A stretch of 64,000 nt of DNA from Tetramitus jugosus (taxonomy: Eukaryota; Protista; Heterolobosea), in the NCBI GenBank assembly GCA_937625935.1, contig OW569394.1, positions 124,001 to 188,000 on the forward strand. Reading direction: 5' to 3'. The position numbers were made by a program, and so were the translations under genes. Shown in pieces: positions 60,780 through 64,000 of the stretch. Within the stretch, counting starts at the first letter, position 1, and each line of letters starts with the position of its first letter. Below the pieces are notes generated by a model. That model saw only the letters and a program-made list of their open reading frames with translations. It was not told the DNA's origin and did not search any database.

Positions 60780-62715
60780 ATGAACAAGCATTTTTAGACC
60801 GACGACACGACCTTCATTTCATTTATTATGAGCATCGATAGTAATGCACATGTGTTTGTTGATAGTTGCACAATACATAAATTCACAGATTTAGAGATCA
60901 TCAGAACAGAAAGACTGCGCACGAGGTTATCTGAAGATTCCTTTTTATATTGTTCTGAGTCAGTGATATGTGATGATCCATGTCCTACTCTCAATGAAAC
61001 TACGAGCCAGTTCGATAATTATGAAGAGAGTGTCATTGAGTCGCTGAGCACACCTGATCGAGCGGAAGAGTTTCGGTTGGACATTGATAGTACCAGTGTA
61101 GTTCAACACACAGAACCACCGATAATGGCATACCCAGAGGCCACTTTTGGTACTTGTTGTAGTATTCAGGCCTTATTTTTTATCCAATGGACACTCCGAA
61201 GTTTCTTAAGTGTGATACATGCCAATGAGATATTGAATTTCATTCAGATCTACTCACCATCACTCCACTCTTCTTCCCAATTCCTTCCACGAGATACAAA
61301 GAATATTAGATGAATTGAAGTATGAACTTCCTGATCACATTGTCGATCACGGACCATGTTACAGTCTGGATACAGCAAGGGTAGTGATTTTGAAATGGCA
61401 AAAATTTCATTGCAAAGAATTGATAATCTAAGTTGAAAACTCTGACAACTCCAGTAGAAGTCACAAAAATGGCTCTGGAAATCAAAAAGAACACAGGTTA
61501 TGTCTTGATAAACACAGCAAAGAGTACAAAACCAAATCAAAGAAAGATACTCAATCGAACAGTGACTATTAAAGAAAATTAGCCATTGGAGATACTCGAA
61601 TCTCCTTACTGGGTAGTGGAAAAGTACGATTTTAATTTATACAAGGACAGTGGGGATATTTATCATCTAATAATTCTTGGACTCGTCCCCCTTAGATTTA
61701 AGTTCTACATTGAGTAAATTGCAACTTTGAATCGAAGATTAGATTTACTACCCTGATATGTTAAATATGTCAACGAACTCAAGACGAAATGGATGATGAA
61801 TTCAATAGAATAGGTGGTTGTATGTTTGTGATGGAGTTGTCTCCCTTGGATGCGAAACCAGCTGGAAGAAAACATGTTTTATCATCATATGGAAAGTGGA
61901 TATCTGTATTTGGATATCAAACAAGTGTTTAGTAGACAATGTTTGGAAGGAAATGTTCTGAATTTGGGATATGAACTGTTGCTGTAGATCTACAACTGAA
62001 GGAGAGCGAACCACAAAAAACTAGAGAAGTGTAGAGTGGTAGTTCCAAAACAGCTCTACTTCATAAGAACTCATCAAACAATAGCAATGTTAGTTTTATA
62101 ATATTGAATCCTCTCTGACCTGTGGCAAACAATGCTGATAGCATTGCTCGCACAAATACTGGGATTTTCGACAAGGGTTCATTACCAACAAGAGTCCCAT
62201 AGAAGCCTCTTCGTCTACTAGCACCACATAAAGCTTGTACTTGTATCGCATTGGTTGAAATGATATACATTTGTTGTATCCACTACCGACATTCTTTTTG
62301 TTTTTGTCAATTGAAAACGGTCGTTTTTTTGCGGAAAATTTGTGCATGCGATCAGTTTATTTTTGGCGACTGATTTACAATACAATGAATCATGACACCA
62401 AAGCACAAAATTCCAAAACAAGAAGATATTACGGTCATCCTAAATACCCAAAAGATGATCTTGAAGGGGTAGTCAATCTTGAAGAGAAGTCCTTACAAGA
62501 AGCCAATGTTCGAGTTCATCAAATCCCCGCCAGTGGGTGTGTGGATCTTTTGGCTGATATACAGGTTCTTAAAAATTCAAGGTCATTGTTATTTTTTTTA
62601 CTTCAAGGTTCTGTGGTTGGATGGATCCTATTCATGGGAACCTTTGCCCAACATTGATCAAGAGAGTGTAAAGGAGTACATGAGAGAAAAGAATCTCTCT
62701 GATGAGGAAGAATAA
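60780..62715 (+). mobile_element. Decayed CACTA/Plavaka-like transposase relic with a C-terminal chromodomain
   Basis: Broken frames in order: NEILNFIQ...FLPRDTKN; ESPYW...FNLYKDSGDIYHLIILG (61583-61717); LNRRLDLLP; then FKVLWLDGSYSWEPLPNID..VKEY (to 62715). Many stops and frameshifts. Confidence 0.5.
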
Positions 62716-63099
62716 TTTTGTAAATAAAAAATTGTGTATTTATAATTTGCTTTTGTCGGTTTGTTTTGTCGGTTGGTTTCCATCATTCACAATTTTTGTT
62801 GCAAAACAAAGAAAACAAATCAATTCATCCCTCCGAACATACTAGCGCTCCTCAATCATCAATTGTTCTTTTCCCATCCTCAACAGTTTAAAAGTGAGTA
62901 GTTCTTTCGTGTTACTTCCTCACAACTAACTAATTTTGTCATACGTATCAATATAGGTGGTAGATGATTCTTTTCATATTATGGGGAGTCAATCAATTGT
63001 TTGGAAAAGAAATCATGGTCTTTTACTTCACAATCTTCATTATCCCTACTATCTTGATCAATTGCTGTGAGAGTACTTCTACAAAGGTATGAAGCGGTT

Positions 63100-64000
63100 C
63101 CAGGAATAGGAAAGTCGTCCAATTGGTCATCGTTGGAGTTGAAAGGCCCTTATTATTGTTACTACTACTCACTTCTCTTTTATCAAGTTACTTCCAACTG
63201 GGGCTGTAAGATACCAAAAGACAATTCAACAGCAACGAAACAACAACCAGGCTGTTGTCGTAGATGGACAAAGTGCTTCAAAGTTCGAAGCTAGAGTGTC
63301 AATACTGTTGTTGAAGTATGCCATTATGAAGACTGAATGAATAGACAATATACTTTCACTGGTTCGTGGAGCGATCCCACTAGAACCGCATACAGTGTAC
63401 AGAGCATGTTTGATCCTGAGATTATGGCACATACACACATTAACAGTAAACCGACTGGGGTCAACGATGTGGATATGGTGATCGAGGGTGACGACTAGAA
63501 ACTGTTTGAACTTTTGTGACCCTCTGTGGGGTGCGTGTGTGCATGACTTCCACTTGTCATCAGGTTGTTCTGGACTACCAGTCTACTTTCCTGTATCTAG
63601 CACAATACACCGAACGAAGATCGGATGACCAACATCAATTGTGGCACAAAAGTCATACCTGCGCCAATCTGATCCAATGCATAATATCAACACTATTGAA
63701 TAAAGACACAACACAAGCAGCTTGGCGCTACGGCACTCCTACTCTAGTCTCGCGCCTTTGTACGTCTTACCCCCAGTACAGAGTCAAAGTCGTCTAAAGT
63801 CTGTTGCAGTTTTAACACTGTTGCCGATAAAAATCTGTTAAATACAGCACAGATATATCGGCTCTACGAGCCGATAAAGCTCAAATCGAGTTGAAAACCA
63901 CGCTTATCTCTTCATCTCATCATGGAAGATGTGCCGATCTACTCCAACTCATTAGTGAATCAATCCAGAATCAATCGCTTGCTTCAAACATAGCAATTGA
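63100..64000 (+). pseudogene. Possible heavily decayed surface-protein gene fragments
   Basis: Short protein-like pieces (FSFIKLLPTGAVRYQKTI; GACVHD..SGCSG, EGF-like) between stops; weak. Confidence 0.2.

Noticed and set aside
60619-62785. TGGTGGAACCCA / TGGTTTCCATCA as terminal inverted repeats of the transposon relic
   Set aside because: Only 10/12 match, with no extension and no target-site duplication.
63361-63388. Hairpin GGTTCGTGG...CCACTAGAACC resembling a tRNA T arm
   Set aside because: No TTCG loop or other arms; it lies in a protein-like decayed frame.

Overview
Compact, intron-poor eukaryotic DNA with short GT-AG introns (often GTATG donors) and poly-Q/N/S tracts. The gene content resembles a heterolobosean (Naegleria-like) amoeba; this is inference. 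Four zones: (1) 0.2-10.7 kb and 21.8-29.4 kb hold tightly packed housekeeping genes: a BAG6-like Ubl protein, a divergent 6-exon ORC3, PDI, an L7Ae/Rpp38-like protein, tRNA-Met, a DUF2817 peptidase, a THEM6-like thioesterase, DUF167, a putative Ig-fold transcription factor, an F-box/LRR protein, EMC10 and a SUKH-like protein. (2) 10.9-21.3 kb is a patchwork: a frameshifted viral-type HNH-like relic, a Rab-GDI copy lacking key Rab-binding residues, an RCC1 gene plus a decayed copy of its 5' end, a receptor TKL kinase and a small secreted protein. (3) 29.5-58.7 kb is a surface-protein block: one ~6,910-aa type-I membrane protein (11 RCC1 propellers on EGF pairs, a 21-EGF stalk, variable Cys-rich loops at one fixed position) and two tandem propeller-EGF-REJ-GAIN paralogues with mosaic identity. 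(4) 58.8-64 kb is decayed: an isolated tRNA 3' half and two different transposase-like relics, each followed by a related chromodomain. All family calls come from motif recognition by eye, not database searches.
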